Source: an uncultured Gammaproteobacteria bacterium (GTDB lineage Bacteria > Patescibacteriota > Patescibacteriia > UBA9934 > GWF2-40-263). From it: a DNA stretch of 64,000 nucleotides. The translations under genes and the position numbers were made by a program. Where the stretch lies: contig CAYNRK010000001.1 of the NCBI GenBank assembly GCA_964399675.1, positions 424-64,423 on the forward strand, given 5' to 3'. The notes under the pieces were generated by a model. The model ran no database searches. It was given only the letters and a program-made list of their open reading frames with translations, and was not told where the DNA came from. Shown here piece after piece: positions 38,594-49,298 of this stretch; the first letter of the stretch is position 1; each line of letters opens with the position of its first letter.

Positions 38594-40216
38594 ATGGAGC
38601 GCATTTCCATTACCCAGGGAGTTTCGTGCTCCCGTTGCGCTGAGTCATACGAACTCGGCGGTGTCACCAACCACACAGGCGAAGAGCTGCCGTGGTTGTG
38701 CGTGACGCGCGACCACACCGACGCAGACAAGGCTGTCAAGGAGACGGTCTGTCAGCGATGTCTGGAGTTCAGGGGCACTGACTCGCTTCTCAGCGTCCTA
38801 CGCAAGCTGGACGTGGAGATCTCAACCAAGGTCATCCCGCTGCCAAGCCCGCGCAAGGCGTTGGTTCTTGGCGGAACAGTCAGGCGTGAAGTCAAGGGTG
38901 CAAAGCCCGGACTGCAGGTCAGAACACCAAGAGCCGTTCGTGGTACAGGCAAGCGTTCGGTCACGGTCGGCGGAAGAACAGTCGACATGGCTGACTTGGC
39001 TCAAGGTGCCAGGCGTGATGCGCCTGCATCGCAAAGGCGTCGACCTGCGCCACGAAAGCCTCGAGTCCGCGATGGCGAAGCATCCAGTTCGCTGGGCGAT
39101 TCGTTGCGCAGACAGCTCGCCGAGGCACTTGAGTCCGGTTCAGACCGTAAGCGTGAAGCTGTAGGTCGCCTGGCTCACACCATGGGTGTTCATCACGAGC
39201 TTTCCGAGCCTTTCTTCCAGGAGGCAGAGGCTCGGGCGGCAGAAGAGCGGGCTGCGCAAGAGGCAGAAAAGCAGGCTCGCAAGCTGCATCGGCTCCGGCA
39301 GTTCCGATCCCGGATCGGACACGCCCGCCGTAACCTCAACCTGGCGCGTGCGCGTACGTGCGAGCACGACGTGACCCATGAGGTCGCAGAAGTCAGACGC
39401 CACATCGTCGAAGCGTGCAAGCTCGATCCAGAGCAGCGTTCCAAGAGGCGGCTGACCGAAGAGGTTCTGGAAACCTCTGAGGCAGAGCTTGACCAGCTCG
39501 TTCAGTGCTTCTTCGATCGGGAAGCGTCTGGCTACCAGGGCAAGGCCGTTGTTCCGGTAAGGAACGATGGCGATCCCCAGGGTTGCTACAGCTCGACCAC
39601 GCTCGAGCCACGCAAGCCGATCACATGGCGCAAAGAGCCCGAGGCACGAACGCTCTTGACCGGAGGTTCGGTGTATGTCGACGGCAGGGTGCGGACGATT
39701 CGCAGTCTTGCAGTCGAGGTCGTAGGGCCTTCCACGCCCTTCCCAGTGCCGAACCCGGCAATCGATCAGCCGCCGGCTGGCACAAGTCACCGGGAGGACG
39801 GTGACCAGGTGCCGAGGATTCGGTACCCTGAAGGTGAAGAGTTCGGTGAGCGTCCTATCCTGGTCAGCTCGTCGGGTGATGACACGTGGGTTCCTCTTCG
39901 CGAGCGCAAGGAGCGCTGTTGCGTAGCGGATGCAAGCTGCAGCGAGCCCTTCTCGCACACGATCGTCGATGGGCTGTTCGCAGTCGGTGTCATGATGCCT
40001 GACGGACAAGGAGTTACGATCTTCTTGACTCTCATGGACGACGGCCAGGTGGTCAGCACCCTGCTCGACGACTTTGCTGCAGACCTGTTCACCGGTGACG
40101 GTGCAGCAGGGATGAAGTTCTTGGTTCGGCTGCCTGTCGAGCTGCGGAAAGCAGTCACCAAGGTCGATGCTGCTGTCGAGCTCGACACCACACCCGCTAT
40201 CCCCGCAACGCTCTAA
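38594..40216 (+). CDS. GC-rich hypothetical protein, N-terminal Zn-finger-like motifs and central coiled coil
   Basis: GGAGG SD; CSRC, C..DH, CQRC; EAEARAAEERAAQEAEKQ; GGGTCC..GGACCC-CTTTT hairpin at 40234-40277 follows. Confidence 0.75.
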   Translation: MERISITQGVSCSRCAESYELGGVTNHTGEELPWLCVTRDHTDADKAVKETVCQRCLEFRGTDSLLSVLRKLDVEISTKVIPLPSPRKALVLGGTVRREVKGAKPGLQVRTPRAVRGTGKRSVTVGGRTVDMADLAQGARRDAPASQRRRPAPRKPRVRDGEASSSLGDSLRRQLAEALESGSDRKREAVGRLAHTMGVHHELSEPFFQEAEARAAEERAAQEAEKQARKLHRLRQFRSRIGHARRNLNLARARTCEHDVTHEVAEVRRHIVEACKLDPEQRSKRRLTEEVLETSEAELDQLVQCFFDREASGYQGKAVVPVRNDGDPQGCYSSTTLEPRKPITWRKEPEARTLLTGGSVYVDGRVRTIRSLAVEVVGPSTPFPVPNPAIDQPPAGTSHREDGDQVPRIRYPEGEEFGERPILVSSSGDDTWVPLRERKERCCVADASCSEPFSHTIVDGLFAVGVMMPDGQGVTIFLTLMDDGQVVSTLLDDFAADLFTGDGAAGMKFLVRLPVELRKAVTKVDAAVELDTTPAIPATL

Positions 40217-40297
40217 CGAGCGTTTCTGATTCTGGGTCCAAATCAGGTTTATGCACAACGTACTCTGGACCCCTTTTCATTTGAATATCTCTTTTCA

Positions 40298-40348
40298 GTT
40301 CCCGCCCGCACGCCCGGGCCCCACGCCCCGGGCCTAGAGCGCGGGAAC
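40298..40348. repeat. GC-rich palindromic element
   Basis: GTTCCCGC...GCCTAGAGCGCGGGAAC, related to 18460-18495. Confidence 0.7.
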
Positions 40349-40375
40349 GAGTTATTTAGATGCAAGGGCAAGCTC

Positions 40376-40404
40376 TTGAAAAAAATCTAGATTTTTCATA
40401 CAAT
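40376..40404 (+). promoter_or_regulatory. Promoter of the rod-shaped ncRNA
   Basis: TTGAAA-17-TACAAT; spacer holds perfect palindrome AAAAATCTAGATTTTT (40381-40396). Confidence 0.65.
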
Positions 40405-40410
40405 TTCATA

Positions 40411-40592
40411 TGTAGAAGAAGTGATATTCCCTCTAAAGCTGCGAAGCGGGGTACGATTTCACTGAATCAAAAACGCGAGCATCCCTTGCACCTTTGGGTG
40501 CGAGGAAAATCTCTCTCCTCATGCTCAAACCTTCTGATTCGTTACTGTAATCGTGACCTTGTTTTGCAGCTTTAGGTGGAATATCGTTTTTT
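40411..40592 (+). ncRNA. ~180-nt rod-shaped ncRNA (6S-like candidate)
   Basis: ~35-bp stem 40423-40458/40549-40585 with several G-U pairs, TGAATCA/TGATTCG, GAGCAT/ATGCTC, CCTTGCACC-TTTG-GGTGCGAGG, U-tract end. Confidence 0.7.
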
Positions 40593-40710
40593 GTTTTGTG
40601 GATAAATTGTGAGGTTTGCTTGACAATAGATAACGAATAGACATTTTTTTGCTGGTTTTAGTACAATTTTTGATTATATTGACAATCCACTAAAAATCCA
40701 CTATTAGCAC

Positions 40711-40925
40711 TTGACGACTCTGCATCCCCATGTTATTATCTCGATGCATTTGAGTCATTTTTGCTAATTTTAGCTAAAGTTGACTTACACAACGTGTTCT
40801 CGTTTGTAGCTGAACGGTCAACCGGATCACGAATCTTAAGAGAATTAATTTATCTCTGATGATTTTCCAAGCTACAAACAATTAAAAAGGCTTCGTTCTT
40901 GTTGGACGACGTTTTTTGTTTGCAA
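40711..40925 (+). promoter_or_regulatory. rpoBC promoter and structured 5' leader
   Basis: TTGACG-17-TATTAT with TG; hairpin 40752-40786; 10-bp helix 40802-40811/40870-40879; hairpin plus U-tract 40885-40921. Confidence 0.6.
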
Positions 40926-40954
40926 GAATTATTTACTGACCCCTTTATTCATAT

Positions 40955-43900
40955 ATGTCCAAATATCGTCGCGCGCTTGTTAAGACCCGCGAGCGCAAAA
41001 CATTTGGAGCGGTAGAGGAAGCAATGGAGCTTCCAGACCTTATTGAGGTTCAACGTCGCTCATATCGCTGGTTCTTTGAAGAAGGAATCCGTGAATTATT
41101 TTCAGAGGTCACACCAATTAAAGATTTTATTGGTCGTGATCTTGAGCTTTACTTTGATGACTACTATCTTGACGAACCAAAGTTCGATGAGAAAACATCA
41201 CGCGCAAAGAATGTAACTTTTGAATCACCGCTTCGTGTGAAAACACGTCTTGTGAATTTGCGCAGCAAAGATGTTAAAGAGCAGGAGATTTATTTAGGAG
41301 ATCTGCCAATAATGACACCTCGCGGAACGTTTGTGATTAATGGTGTAGAGCGTGTTGTTGTTTCGCAACTGGTTCGTTCGGCCGGAGCTTTTTTCACTGG
41401 TGATGTGTATCGTGGTCGTCGTTATTATGGTGCCAAGATTATTCCAAACCGCGGAGCATGGCTTGAGTTTGAGACTGACCCAAAAAATGTTATTTGGGTA
41501 AAGATCGACAGAAAAAGAAAAGTTGCGGTTACCTCGCTCTTGCGTGCATTTGGAATCACAACAGATGAAGAGATCATCAAGCTTTTTGAAGATATTGATA
41601 CTCATCCAACCAATCGTTACATTGAAGCAACACTTAACAAAGATGTTTCTTCAAATGAAGATGAGGGGCTTATTGAAGTTTATAAGCGTATCAGACCTGG
41701 TGATCGAGCTACGGCTGATAACGCAAAGGGTCTGATCCATTCCATGTTTTTCAATTTTGACAGATACGATCTTGGAAAAGTGGGTCGTTACAAGTTTAAT
41801 TTGCGATTTGGCGATGATACATCAGAGGCAGTGGTTAATCCTGAAGAGAATCGCATAATCAGTAAAGAGGATCTTATAAAAATTATAAGAGAAGTCATTC
41901 GTCTCAACATTACTCAAGAAGAACCAGATGATGTTGATCACCTTGGGAACCGTCGAGTGCGAGCTGTGGGTGAGCTTATTCAGGGTCGTTTTCGTGTAGG
42001 CCTTGCTCGAATGGAACGTATTATTAAAGATCGAATGTCAACACAGGACATTGATAATTTGTCTCCTGGACGACTTATTAATGCGCGTCCTGTTATCGGA
42101 GCTGTGCGCGAGTTTTTCATGTCATCACAGCTTTCACAATTCATGGACCAGACCAATCCTTTGGCTGAACTTGAGCACAAGCGACGTTTGTCTGCTATGG
42201 GGCCTGGAGGACTTTCTCGTGAGCGTGCTGGATTTGAAGTTCGTGATGTTCATCCAACTCACTATGGTCGCATTTGTCCGATTGCAACTCCTGAGGGTCC
42301 AAACATTGGACTTATTGGTCACCTTGCCAGTTATTCCAAAATCAATGATTACGGATTTATTGAAACCCCATATCAAAAGGTTGTAAAAGAAGAGAAAGGT
42401 GGAAAATCAGTTGCGCATGTAACAGGTGAAATCGAATATATTAACGCATTTACAGAAGAGCGATCTGTCACAGTTCCTTCTACTGTTCCAATGGATGATA
42501 AAGGATATTTTGCTGAAGGTTTTATTGGAGCAAGAAAATATGGTGAGCCAAAAATCGTTTCCCAATCAGATATCGATTACATGGACGTTTCATCAAAACA
42601 AATTGTTTCAATTGGAACATCTTTGATTCCTTTTTTGGAGCACGATGATGCTACCCGAGCGCTCATGGGAACAAACATGCAACGCCAGGCTGTGCCAACA
42701 ATCAAACCGGATGCGCCAATTATTGGAACCGGTGTTGAAAAGCGTGCAGCAAAAGACTCAGGGCATGTGGTTGTTGCCGAGCAGGCTGGAAAAATTTCCC
42801 GCGTTGATGGAAATCAAATTGAGATTACAGACAAGGATAAAAATGTCCATGAGTATGAGCTCAAAAAGTTTTTGCGCTCAAACAACTCCACCTCCATTAA
42901 CCAAAGGCCTGTAGTTAATCTTAACGACAGTATTAAAAAAGGAGATGTGATCGCTGATTCATCAGCTGTTGACCATGGGGAGTTGGCGCTTGGACAAAAC
43001 GCGCTTGTCGCGTTTATGGCCTGGGACGGATACAACTATGAGGACGCTGTGATTATTTCAGAAAAGTTGGTACATGATGATCGCTTTACATCAGTGCACA
43101 TTGAGCATTACACCATTGATGTTCGCGACACCAAGCTTGGACCAGAAGTTGTGACCTCAGATATTCCAAACGTTTCAGAAGAAAAACTTAAAAATTTGGA
43201 TGGTGAAGGTGTTATCCGAATTGGTGCTGAAGTAAAGTCCGGTGACATCCTGGTAGGAAAGATCACGCCAAAAGGTGAAACAGAACTTTCAGCTGAGGAA
43301 AAATTGTTACGAGCAATCTTTGGAGAAAAAGCGCGCGATGTTCGCGATTCATCTTTGTACCTTGAGCACGGTGAGCATGGAAAAGTGGTTGATGTAACAG
43401 TGTTCTCACGTGAGGATGGTGACAAGCTTTCTCCAGGAGTTATCAAGTCAATTCAGATTACAATTGCAGACCTTCGAAAAGTTCAGGTTGGAGACAAGGT
43501 TGCAGGACGCCATGGAAACAAGGGGGTGATTTCTCGTGTTGTTCCGGTTGCAGATATGCCGTTTATGGAAGATGGAACTCCGGTTGACATTATTCTTACT
43601 CCACTTGGAGTTGTCTCACGTATGAACCTGGGGCAAATCTTGGAGGTGCATTTGGGGCTTGCAGCTAACGCGCTTGGATACAATGTTTCAACCCCTGTTC
43701 TTAATGGTGTGCCTGAGACAACGATTAGAGAAGAGCTTTCACATGCAGGGCTTCCTGAGTCCGGGCAGCTTGAGCTTATTGATGGACGAACCGGTGATAA
43801 GTTTGTACACGCAATAACCGTTGGTTACATGTACATTTTGAAACTCAGTCACATGGTTGAAGACAAAATGCACCAACGCTCAATTGGTCCTTACTCGCTT

Positions 43901-44215
43901 ATTACACAGCAGCCGCTTGGTGGTAAGGCACAGTTTGGTGGACAAAGGTTTGGAGAAATGGAAGTTTGGGCGCTTGAAGCGTATGGGGCAGCGCACACAC
44001 TGCAAGAGATTTTGACCATCAAGTCTGATGACGTTCCAGGACGTTCCAAAGCGTACGAATCGATCATCAAAGGAAATCCAATTCAAAAAGTAAATATTCC
44101 CGAATCATTTAATGTGCTTGTAAGAGAGCTCAAAGGATTGTGTTTGGACGTGGAGCTTTTAAAGGACAACACAAGAGTCGAGTTAGCCGGGGAGAAAGGA
44201 AAGGATCAAAAATAA
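40955..44215 (+). CDS. rpoB: RNA polymerase beta subunit
   Basis: [34 protein letters not shown]. Confidence 0.99.
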   Translation: MSKYRRALVKTRERKTFGAVEEAMELPDLIEVQRRSYRWFFEEGIRELFSEVTPIKDFIGRDLELYFDDYYLDEPKFDEKTSRAKNVTFESPLRVKTRLVNLRSKDVKEQEIYLGDLPIMTPRGTFVINGVERVVVSQLVRSAGAFFTGDVYRGRRYYGAKIIPNRGAWLEFETDPKNVIWVKIDRKRKVAVTSLLRAFGITTDEEIIKLFEDIDTHPTNRYIEATLNKDVSSNEDEGLIEVYKRIRPGDRATADNAKGLIHSMFFNFDRYDLGKVGRYKFNLRFGDDTSEAVVNPEENRIISKEDLIKIIREVIRLNITQEEPDDVDHLGNRRVRAVGELIQGRFRVGLARMERIIKDRMSTQDIDNLSPGRLINARPVIGAVREFFMSSQLSQFMDQTNPLAELEHKRRLSAMGPGGLSRERAGFEVRDVHPTHYGRICPIATPEGPNIGLIGHLASYSKINDYGFIETPYQKVVKEEKGGKSVAHVTGEIEYINAFTEERSVTVPSTVPMDDKGYFAEGFIGARKYGEPKIVSQSDIDYMDVSSKQIVSIGTSLIPFLEHDDATRALMGTNMQRQAVPTIKPDAPIIGTGVEKRAAKDSGHVVVAEQAGKISRVDGNQIEITDKDKNVHEYELKKFLRSNNSTSINQRPVVNLNDSIKKGDVIADSSAVDHGELALGQNALVAFMAWDGYNYEDAVIISEKLVHDDRFTSVHIEHYTIDVRDTKLGPEVVTSDIPNVSEEKLKNLDGEGVIRIGAEVKSGDILVGKITPKGETELSAEEKLLRAIFGEKARDVRDSSLYLEHGEHGKVVDVTVFSREDGDKLSPGVIKSIQITIADLRKVQVGDKVAGRHGNKGVISRVVPVADMPFMEDGTPVDIILTPLGVVSRMNLGQILEVHLGLAANALGYNVSTPVLNGVPETTIREELSHAGLPESGQLELIDGRTGDKFVHAITVGYMYILKLSHMVEDKMHQRSIGPYSLITQQPLGGKAQFGGQRFGEMEVWALEAYGAAHTLQEILTIKSDDVPGRSKAYESIIKGNPIQKVNIPESFNVLVRELKGLCLDVELLKDNTRVELAGEKGKDQK

Positions 44216-44216
44216 T

Positions 44217-47200
44217 ATGTTTAAGAAACTCGATACACTCAAAACAACAGACTTTGACTCAATCCGTTTGCGTCTTGCAAGCCCGGAAACGATTCGGTCA
44301 TGGTCATATGGTGAGGTTCTAAAACCGGAAACCATTAATTACAGAACTCAGAAACCGGAAAAGACAGGGCTTTTTGCTGAGGAAATTTTTGGGCCTTCAA
44401 AAGATTGGGAATGTTATTGTGGAAAGTATAAAAAAATTCGTTACAAAGGAATCCTTTGCGATAAATGTGGTGTTGAAGTGACTCACTCGATTGTTCGTCG
44501 CGAGCGAATGGCTCACATTGAACTTGCGGCTCCTATTACACACATTTGGTTTTTGCGCGGTGTTCCATCAAAGATCGGTACTGTACTTGATGTTTCTATT
44601 CAGAATTTGGAAAAGATTATTTACTTTGCAAGCTTCCTGATTACAGACATTAATGAAGAGGCAAAAGAACAAACCACTGAACAGGTCAAGCAAGAAAAAA
44701 AGAGCAAGACTAAAATGATAGAAGGTGAGTTCAAACGCGATGTTGGACGACTTGAGCAAAAGTTTGAGGGCAATGAGAAAAAGATTAAAGCCGAGCTCAC
44801 ACAACTTGAGACAATCCGGGACAGAAAGCTTGAAGAGCTTCAGGAAGATTACGATGAGGTCATGGACGATTTGAAAGACATGAAAGTCATGGGAATCATT
44901 TCAGAGCAAACTTATCATGAGTGGTCGCTCAAGTACGGTCATATTTTTGAAGCAATGATTGGAGCAGCGGCTATAGATGAGATGCTCAAGCGAGCAAATG
45001 TTGAAGAGACAATGAAACTACTTGAAACAGAATTAAAAACCGCAACAAAAACAAAACGCAACAAACTGCTCAGACGGTTGAAACTTCTTAAGTCTTTGTT
45101 CATTAATGAGATTAAGCCTGATTGGATGGTTCTTAAGGCCGTACCTGTTATTCCACCGGATCTTCGACCAATGGTTCCGCTTGATGGAGGGCGGTTTGCA
45201 ACATCTGACATCAACGACTTGTACAGACGTGTGATTAACAGAAACAATCGACTCAAACGATTGTATGATTTGAATGCACCGGAAGTTATTTCACGAAATG
45301 AAAAGCGCATGCTTCAGGAAGCTGTTGATGCTCTGATCGACAACTCTGCGCGTCATAGTAAAACAGTTATTGCTGCAACCGGAAAAAAGCGACAGCTCAA
45401 ATCTTTGGCTGACCAGCTCAAAGGAAAGCAGGGTCGTTTCCGTCAGAACCTGCTTGGAAAACGTATTGACTATTCCGGACGTTCTGTAATTGTAGTTGGT
45501 CCGCATTTGGCTCTTGATCAATGTGGAATTCCAAAAAAGATGGCACTTGAGCTTTTTAAACCATTTATTATCTCAAAGCTTATTGATCGTGAGTACGTGC
45601 ACAACATAAGAAGTGCTAATAGATTTATTGAATCTGACAGAGCAGAGACTTGGGATATTTTGGAAGAGGTTACAAAAGATGCTTTTGTAATGCTCAACCG
45701 TGCACCTACTTTGCACCGTTTGGGTATTCAGGCATTTAGACCAATTCTTATTGAAGGAAAAGCAATTCAAATTCACCCACTTGTTTGTGATGCATACAAC
45801 GCAGACTTTGATGGTGACCAAATGGCTGTGCATGTTCCGCTTACAGAAGAAGCTCGCGCAGAAGCTCGTGAAATAATGCTTGCATCTAAGAATCTATTAA
45901 AGCCAGCTCATGGTGGTCCAGTGGCAACACCGGGAAAAGATATTGCCTGGGGAATTTATTATTTGACCATGACTCTTGAGGATGAACCTGAAGACCGAAG
46001 CAAGTTACAAATATTTGCAAACGAAGCGGATGTGTTATACGCGGTCAAAACCGGAAATGTTGAATTGCGAGATTGGATTGTTGTTCGATTACAAGACAAG
46101 GAAGTTATGACAACAACTCCAGGTCGTGTTTTGGTGAATATGCAATTTCCAAAAGAGATTCCGTTTAAGAATCAAACAATGGGTAAAAAGGAGCTTGCGG
46201 CAATTGTGAAATATTATTTGGAGATTCATGGATCTGAGATGACAGCCTTGTTTTTAGACGACCTTAAAGAAATTGGTTTTGAATATTCAACATCTTCCGG
46301 ATACTCTTGGGGAATGTCCAATCTTCCAACCATTACAACCAAACCGGATCTTCTTGCAGAAGGCGAGGAGCGCGTTCGTGAGATTGAGGATTATTTTGAA
46401 CAAGGGTTGCTTACAAAAACAGAACGTCACAGTTCTATTATTAAGGTGTGGAGTGAAATCAAGGATCGTATTGCTGAAGAGGCTAAGCAGTCTCTTCCAA
46501 AAAATAACCCAGCATCAACAATGATTGAGTCCGGTGCTCGTGGATCCTGGGGTCAGATGACACAGATGGTTGGAATGAAAGGACTGGTTGCAAACCCGGC
46601 AGGTGAAATTATTGAGCTACCTGTGAAGAGTTCGTTTAAAGATGGTTACGATGTGCTTGAGTTCTTTATTTCAAGTCACGGTGTGCGAAAAGGTTTGACT
46701 GACACAGCTCTTCGAACCGCTAATGCAGGATACCTTACAAGACGTTTGGTAGATGTTGCCCAGGATGTGATTGTGCGCATTGAAGATTGTGAAGATGATA
46801 AAGGTGTGGTTCTTACCAGAAAGGAATCCGAAGAAATTGGTGAGCCGCTTCTTGTGCGTGCGCTTGGTAGATTTGCTTTGTCAGATCTTAAAAAACCAGG
46901 TGGTCGAAAAATTTTGGTTAAAGCCGGTGAGTTGATTACAGAAGAACATATTCGTGAAATCGAAGCAGCAAAAGGAGAATTGGAAGAAGTGCACGTTCGT
47001 TCAGTTATGACATGTCATTTGCGTCGAGGTGTGTGTCAGAAATGTTATGGATATGATCTTGCATTTAACAAGCTTGTGAAATTGGGAACTGCTGTTGGAA
47101 TCATGGCAGCACAATCAATTGGTGAGCCAGGAACGCAGCTTACTATGCGCACCTTTCATACAGGTGGTGTTGCTGGAAAAGATATTACTCAAGGCCTTCC

Positions 47201-48245
47201 TCGTGTTGAGGAATTGTTTGAAGCTCGAAATCCAAAACAAAAGGCCATTATGTCAGAGGTCTCTGGGAAGGCAACCATTGAATCACTTCAACGCGAAATT
47301 GTTCAAGCTGGAACAGGAAAACAAATTGTTGACACACGACCTGGACAAAAGACAGTAAAGATCGAATACCTTGGATTAGACGAAGAAATTTTCTTGTATG
47401 GAAAAACAGGAGAGTGCTTTGTTAAGGACGGTGATTCAGTTAAGAAAGGACAGGTGGTTGCTAAAAAAGGTTCAGGGGTTGAACTCTTGGCTCCGGCTGA
47501 TGGAACAATTACAATCAAAAAAGAAAATTCAGTGACTGTAATTTTTGAGATGTTGAAAATTAGAGAGTACATTATCCCACCTGGTTACACGCTTTATGTA
47601 AAAGACGGTGATGAGATCCAGGCCGGAGATACACTAACAGATGGAAACCTTGATTTGCAAGTTTTGTTCAAATTTAAAGGTCAGGATGCAGTGCAAAAAT
47701 ATCTCTCAAAGGAAATTCAGTTCATCTATTCAAGTCAGGGACAAAAGCTTAATAACAAGCACATTGAGATTATAATTCGACAAATGTTTTCACGCGTAAG
47801 AGTTGCTGATCCAGGCGATACAGATCTTTTGCCAAACAATATTATTGAAAAAGCATCGTTTTTGGATGCTAATGATGGTGTTGGAAAAGGTGAAAAAGCA
47901 GCCGAGAGCGAGCCTCTGTTCTTAGGAATTACAAAGATTTCTCTTTCAACTGATTCGTGGTTGTCTTCTGCGTCTTTCCAAGAAACTGCAAAAGTTCTCA
48001 TCAACGCTGCTGTAACAGGAAAGATTGATAGGCTGGAGGGTCTGAAAGAAAATGTGATTATTGGACGATTGATTCCTGCAGGAACAGGATTCGGAGACAT
48101 GCAAGAGGAGCTTATTGGAACCATTGAATATGAAAAAGATGAGCCAGTGGTTGAAGAGGCACCGGTTGATGTAACAGAAGAAGTTGAAAAAGCATTTGAA
48201 GAAAATAAGACTGTTGAGACAAAAGAGGCTCCAGATAATGAGTAA
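44217..48245 (+). CDS. rpoC: RNA polymerase beta' subunit
   Basis: Zn finger CYCGKY..CDKCGVE, NADFDGDQM, QLTMRTFH. Confidence 0.99.
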   Translation: MFKKLDTLKTTDFDSIRLRLASPETIRSWSYGEVLKPETINYRTQKPEKTGLFAEEIFGPSKDWECYCGKYKKIRYKGILCDKCGVEVTHSIVRRERMAHIELAAPITHIWFLRGVPSKIGTVLDVSIQNLEKIIYFASFLITDINEEAKEQTTEQVKQEKKSKTKMIEGEFKRDVGRLEQKFEGNEKKIKAELTQLETIRDRKLEELQEDYDEVMDDLKDMKVMGIISEQTYHEWSLKYGHIFEAMIGAAAIDEMLKRANVEETMKLLETELKTATKTKRNKLLRRLKLLKSLFINEIKPDWMVLKAVPVIPPDLRPMVPLDGGRFATSDINDLYRRVINRNNRLKRLYDLNAPEVISRNEKRMLQEAVDALIDNSARHSKTVIAATGKKRQLKSLADQLKGKQGRFRQNLLGKRIDYSGRSVIVVGPHLALDQCGIPKKMALELFKPFIISKLIDREYVHNIRSANRFIESDRAETWDILEEVTKDAFVMLNRAPTLHRLGIQAFRPILIEGKAIQIHPLVCDAYNADFDGDQMAVHVPLTEEARAEAREIMLASKNLLKPAHGGPVATPGKDIAWGIYYLTMTLEDEPEDRSKLQIFANEADVLYAVKTGNVELRDWIVVRLQDKEVMTTTPGRVLVNMQFPKEIPFKNQTMGKKELAAIVKYYLEIHGSEMTALFLDDLKEIGFEYSTSSGYSWGMSNLPTITTKPDLLAEGEERVREIEDYFEQGLLTKTERHSSIIKVWSEIKDRIAEEAKQSLPKNNPASTMIESGARGSWGQMTQMVGMKGLVANPAGEIIELPVKSSFKDGYDVLEFFISSHGVRKGLTDTALRTANAGYLTRRLVDVAQDVIVRIEDCEDDKGVVLTRKESEEIGEPLLVRALGRFALSDLKKPGGRKILVKAGELITEEHIREIEAAKGELEEVHVRSVMTCHLRRGVCQKCYGYDLAFNKLVKLGTAVGIMAAQSIGEPGTQLTMRTFHTGGVAGKDITQGLPRVEELFEARNPKQKAIMSEVSGKATIESLQREIVQAGTGKQIVDTRPGQKTVKIEYLGLDEEIFLYGKTGECFVKDGDSVKKGQVVAKKGSGVELLAPADGTITIKKENSVTVIFEMLKIREYIIPPGYTLYVKDGDEIQAGDTLTDGNLDLQVLFKFKGQDAVQKYLSKEIQFIYSSQGQKLNNKHIEIIIRQMFSRVRVADPGDTDLLPNNIIEKASFLDANDGVGKGEKAAESEPLFLGITKISLSTDSWLSSASFQETAKVLINAAVTGKIDRLEGLKENVIIGRLIPAGTGFGDMQEELIGTIEYEKDEPVVEEAPVDVTEEVEKAFEENKTVETKEAPDNE

Positions 48246-48284
48246 ATCTAAAAGCGGTGTTTGAAAAGACGCCGCTTTTAGATT
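48245..48284 (+). terminator. Terminator after rpoC
   Basis: AAATCTAAAAGCGGTGT..ACGCCGCTTTTAGATTT. Confidence 0.7.
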
Positions 48285-48313
48285 TCAGTAGATTTTGTTA
48301 TCATTTCCACACT

Positions 48314-48799
48314 ATGAAAAAAGATGGACATATAATAATGGGAGTAGATCCAGGCTATGGCAGAATGGGTTTTGGAGTTGTTTATGTTGAGGGTGGTGAA
48401 GTGGAGCTTGTTGATTATGGTGTTGCCACAACAACAAGCGGAGAGCACTTTGAGGATCGGTTGCTTAGTTTGGCAAATGATTTACATGATTTAATGGTTC
48501 ACCATAATCCAGATGTTGTGGCAGTTGAAAAATTGTTTTTTGGAAAAAGCACAACCACAGCCATGAAGGTTGCAGAAGCAAGAGGGGTGGCACTTCTTAT
48601 GGCAGCGCAATCCAGAGTTCCGGTTTTGGAATTCACTCCAGCACAGGTTAAAAAAGCACTTACTGGAAACGGAAAGGCCACAAAAGCTGGGGTGCAAAAG
48701 ATGGTAAAGAAGTTGCTGAGTTTGCCTCGCGTACCAAAACCGGATGATGCTGCAGATGCCCTGGCTGTTGCAATTACAGCCGCAAATAAAAAGTGGTGA
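48314..48799 (+). CDS. ruvC: Holliday junction resolvase RuvC
   Basis: MGVDPG, VAVEKLFF, EARGV, PDDAADALA. Confidence 0.96.
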   Translation: MKKDGHIIMGVDPGYGRMGFGVVYVEGGEVELVDYGVATTTSGEHFEDRLLSLANDLHDLMVHHNPDVVAVEKLFFGKSTTTAMKVAEARGVALLMAAQSRVPVLEFTPAQVKKALTGNGKATKAGVQKMVKKLLSLPRVPKPDDAADALAVAITAANKKW

Positions 48800-48800
48800 T

Positions 48801-49109
48801 ATGAAAATTTATTGGGTTAATCATTTGATAGGTGTTGAGGATTATGATTCTGAAAAGCATAAACTTAAAATGACCAGGTTTAATTATTGGCACAAAGAAG
48901 AGTTAATTGTGGCAGGGGATTTGGGTGGACATTATGACAATGCTCAAGCAGCAAAAAAGTTTGTTGATGATATACCAGACAGAAAACCCGATGGTGCTGG
49001 AAGTTGCTCGGCTGGCAAGACTCTAAGATGGAATAGTTATGGATATGGAATCGAAACTCCGGAAGATTTAAAAGCTATTATTTTAGATGTGCTCGGTTTG
49101 TCCGGGTAA
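48801..49109 (+). CDS. Hypothetical protein (102 aa)
   Basis: ATG 1 nt after ruvC stop; no recognised motif. Confidence 0.6.
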   Translation: MKIYWVNHLIGVEDYDSEKHKLKMTRFNYWHKEELIVAGDLGGHYDNAQAAKKFVDDIPDRKPDGAGSCSAGKTLRWNSYGYGIETPEDLKAIILDVLGLSG

Positions 49110-49156
49110 TGTCAGAGATTTTTTTCTTTGATCAAAAAAAGGTAAGGTAATATTGT

Positions 49157-49297
49157 ATGAAGGATTATTCAACTAAAAAGGCTCAGGAGATTCAGGACGA
49201 TATTTTAAAACAGATGACTCCAACACAGCGTATTGCACTCATGGCCAGACTCTCAAAATTTGCTCAGAAGCTTTCTCGTTTACGCCTGAAGGAATGA
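49157..49297 (+). CDS. Small helical protein (46 aa), putative partner of the downstream nucleotidyltransferase
   Basis: MKDYSTKKAQEIQDDILKQMTPTQRIALMARL...; stop 1 nt before next ATG; below ORF-track cutoff. Confidence 0.6.
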   Translation: MKDYSTKKAQEIQDDILKQMTPTQRIALMARLSKFAQKLSRLRLKE

Positions 49298-49298
49298 T

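Noticed and set aside
39140-40258. 372-aa antisense ORF
   Set aside because: Shadow of the SD-led 540-aa ORF; no SD or motifs.
42120-42215. rpoB rifampicin-resistance region variant
   Set aside because: Key Gln, Asp, His and Ser residues look canonical.
48314-48799. RuvC as a TnpB/Cas12-like nuclease
   Set aside because: 161-aa stand-alone resolvase with standard motifs and no guide or Zn-finger context.
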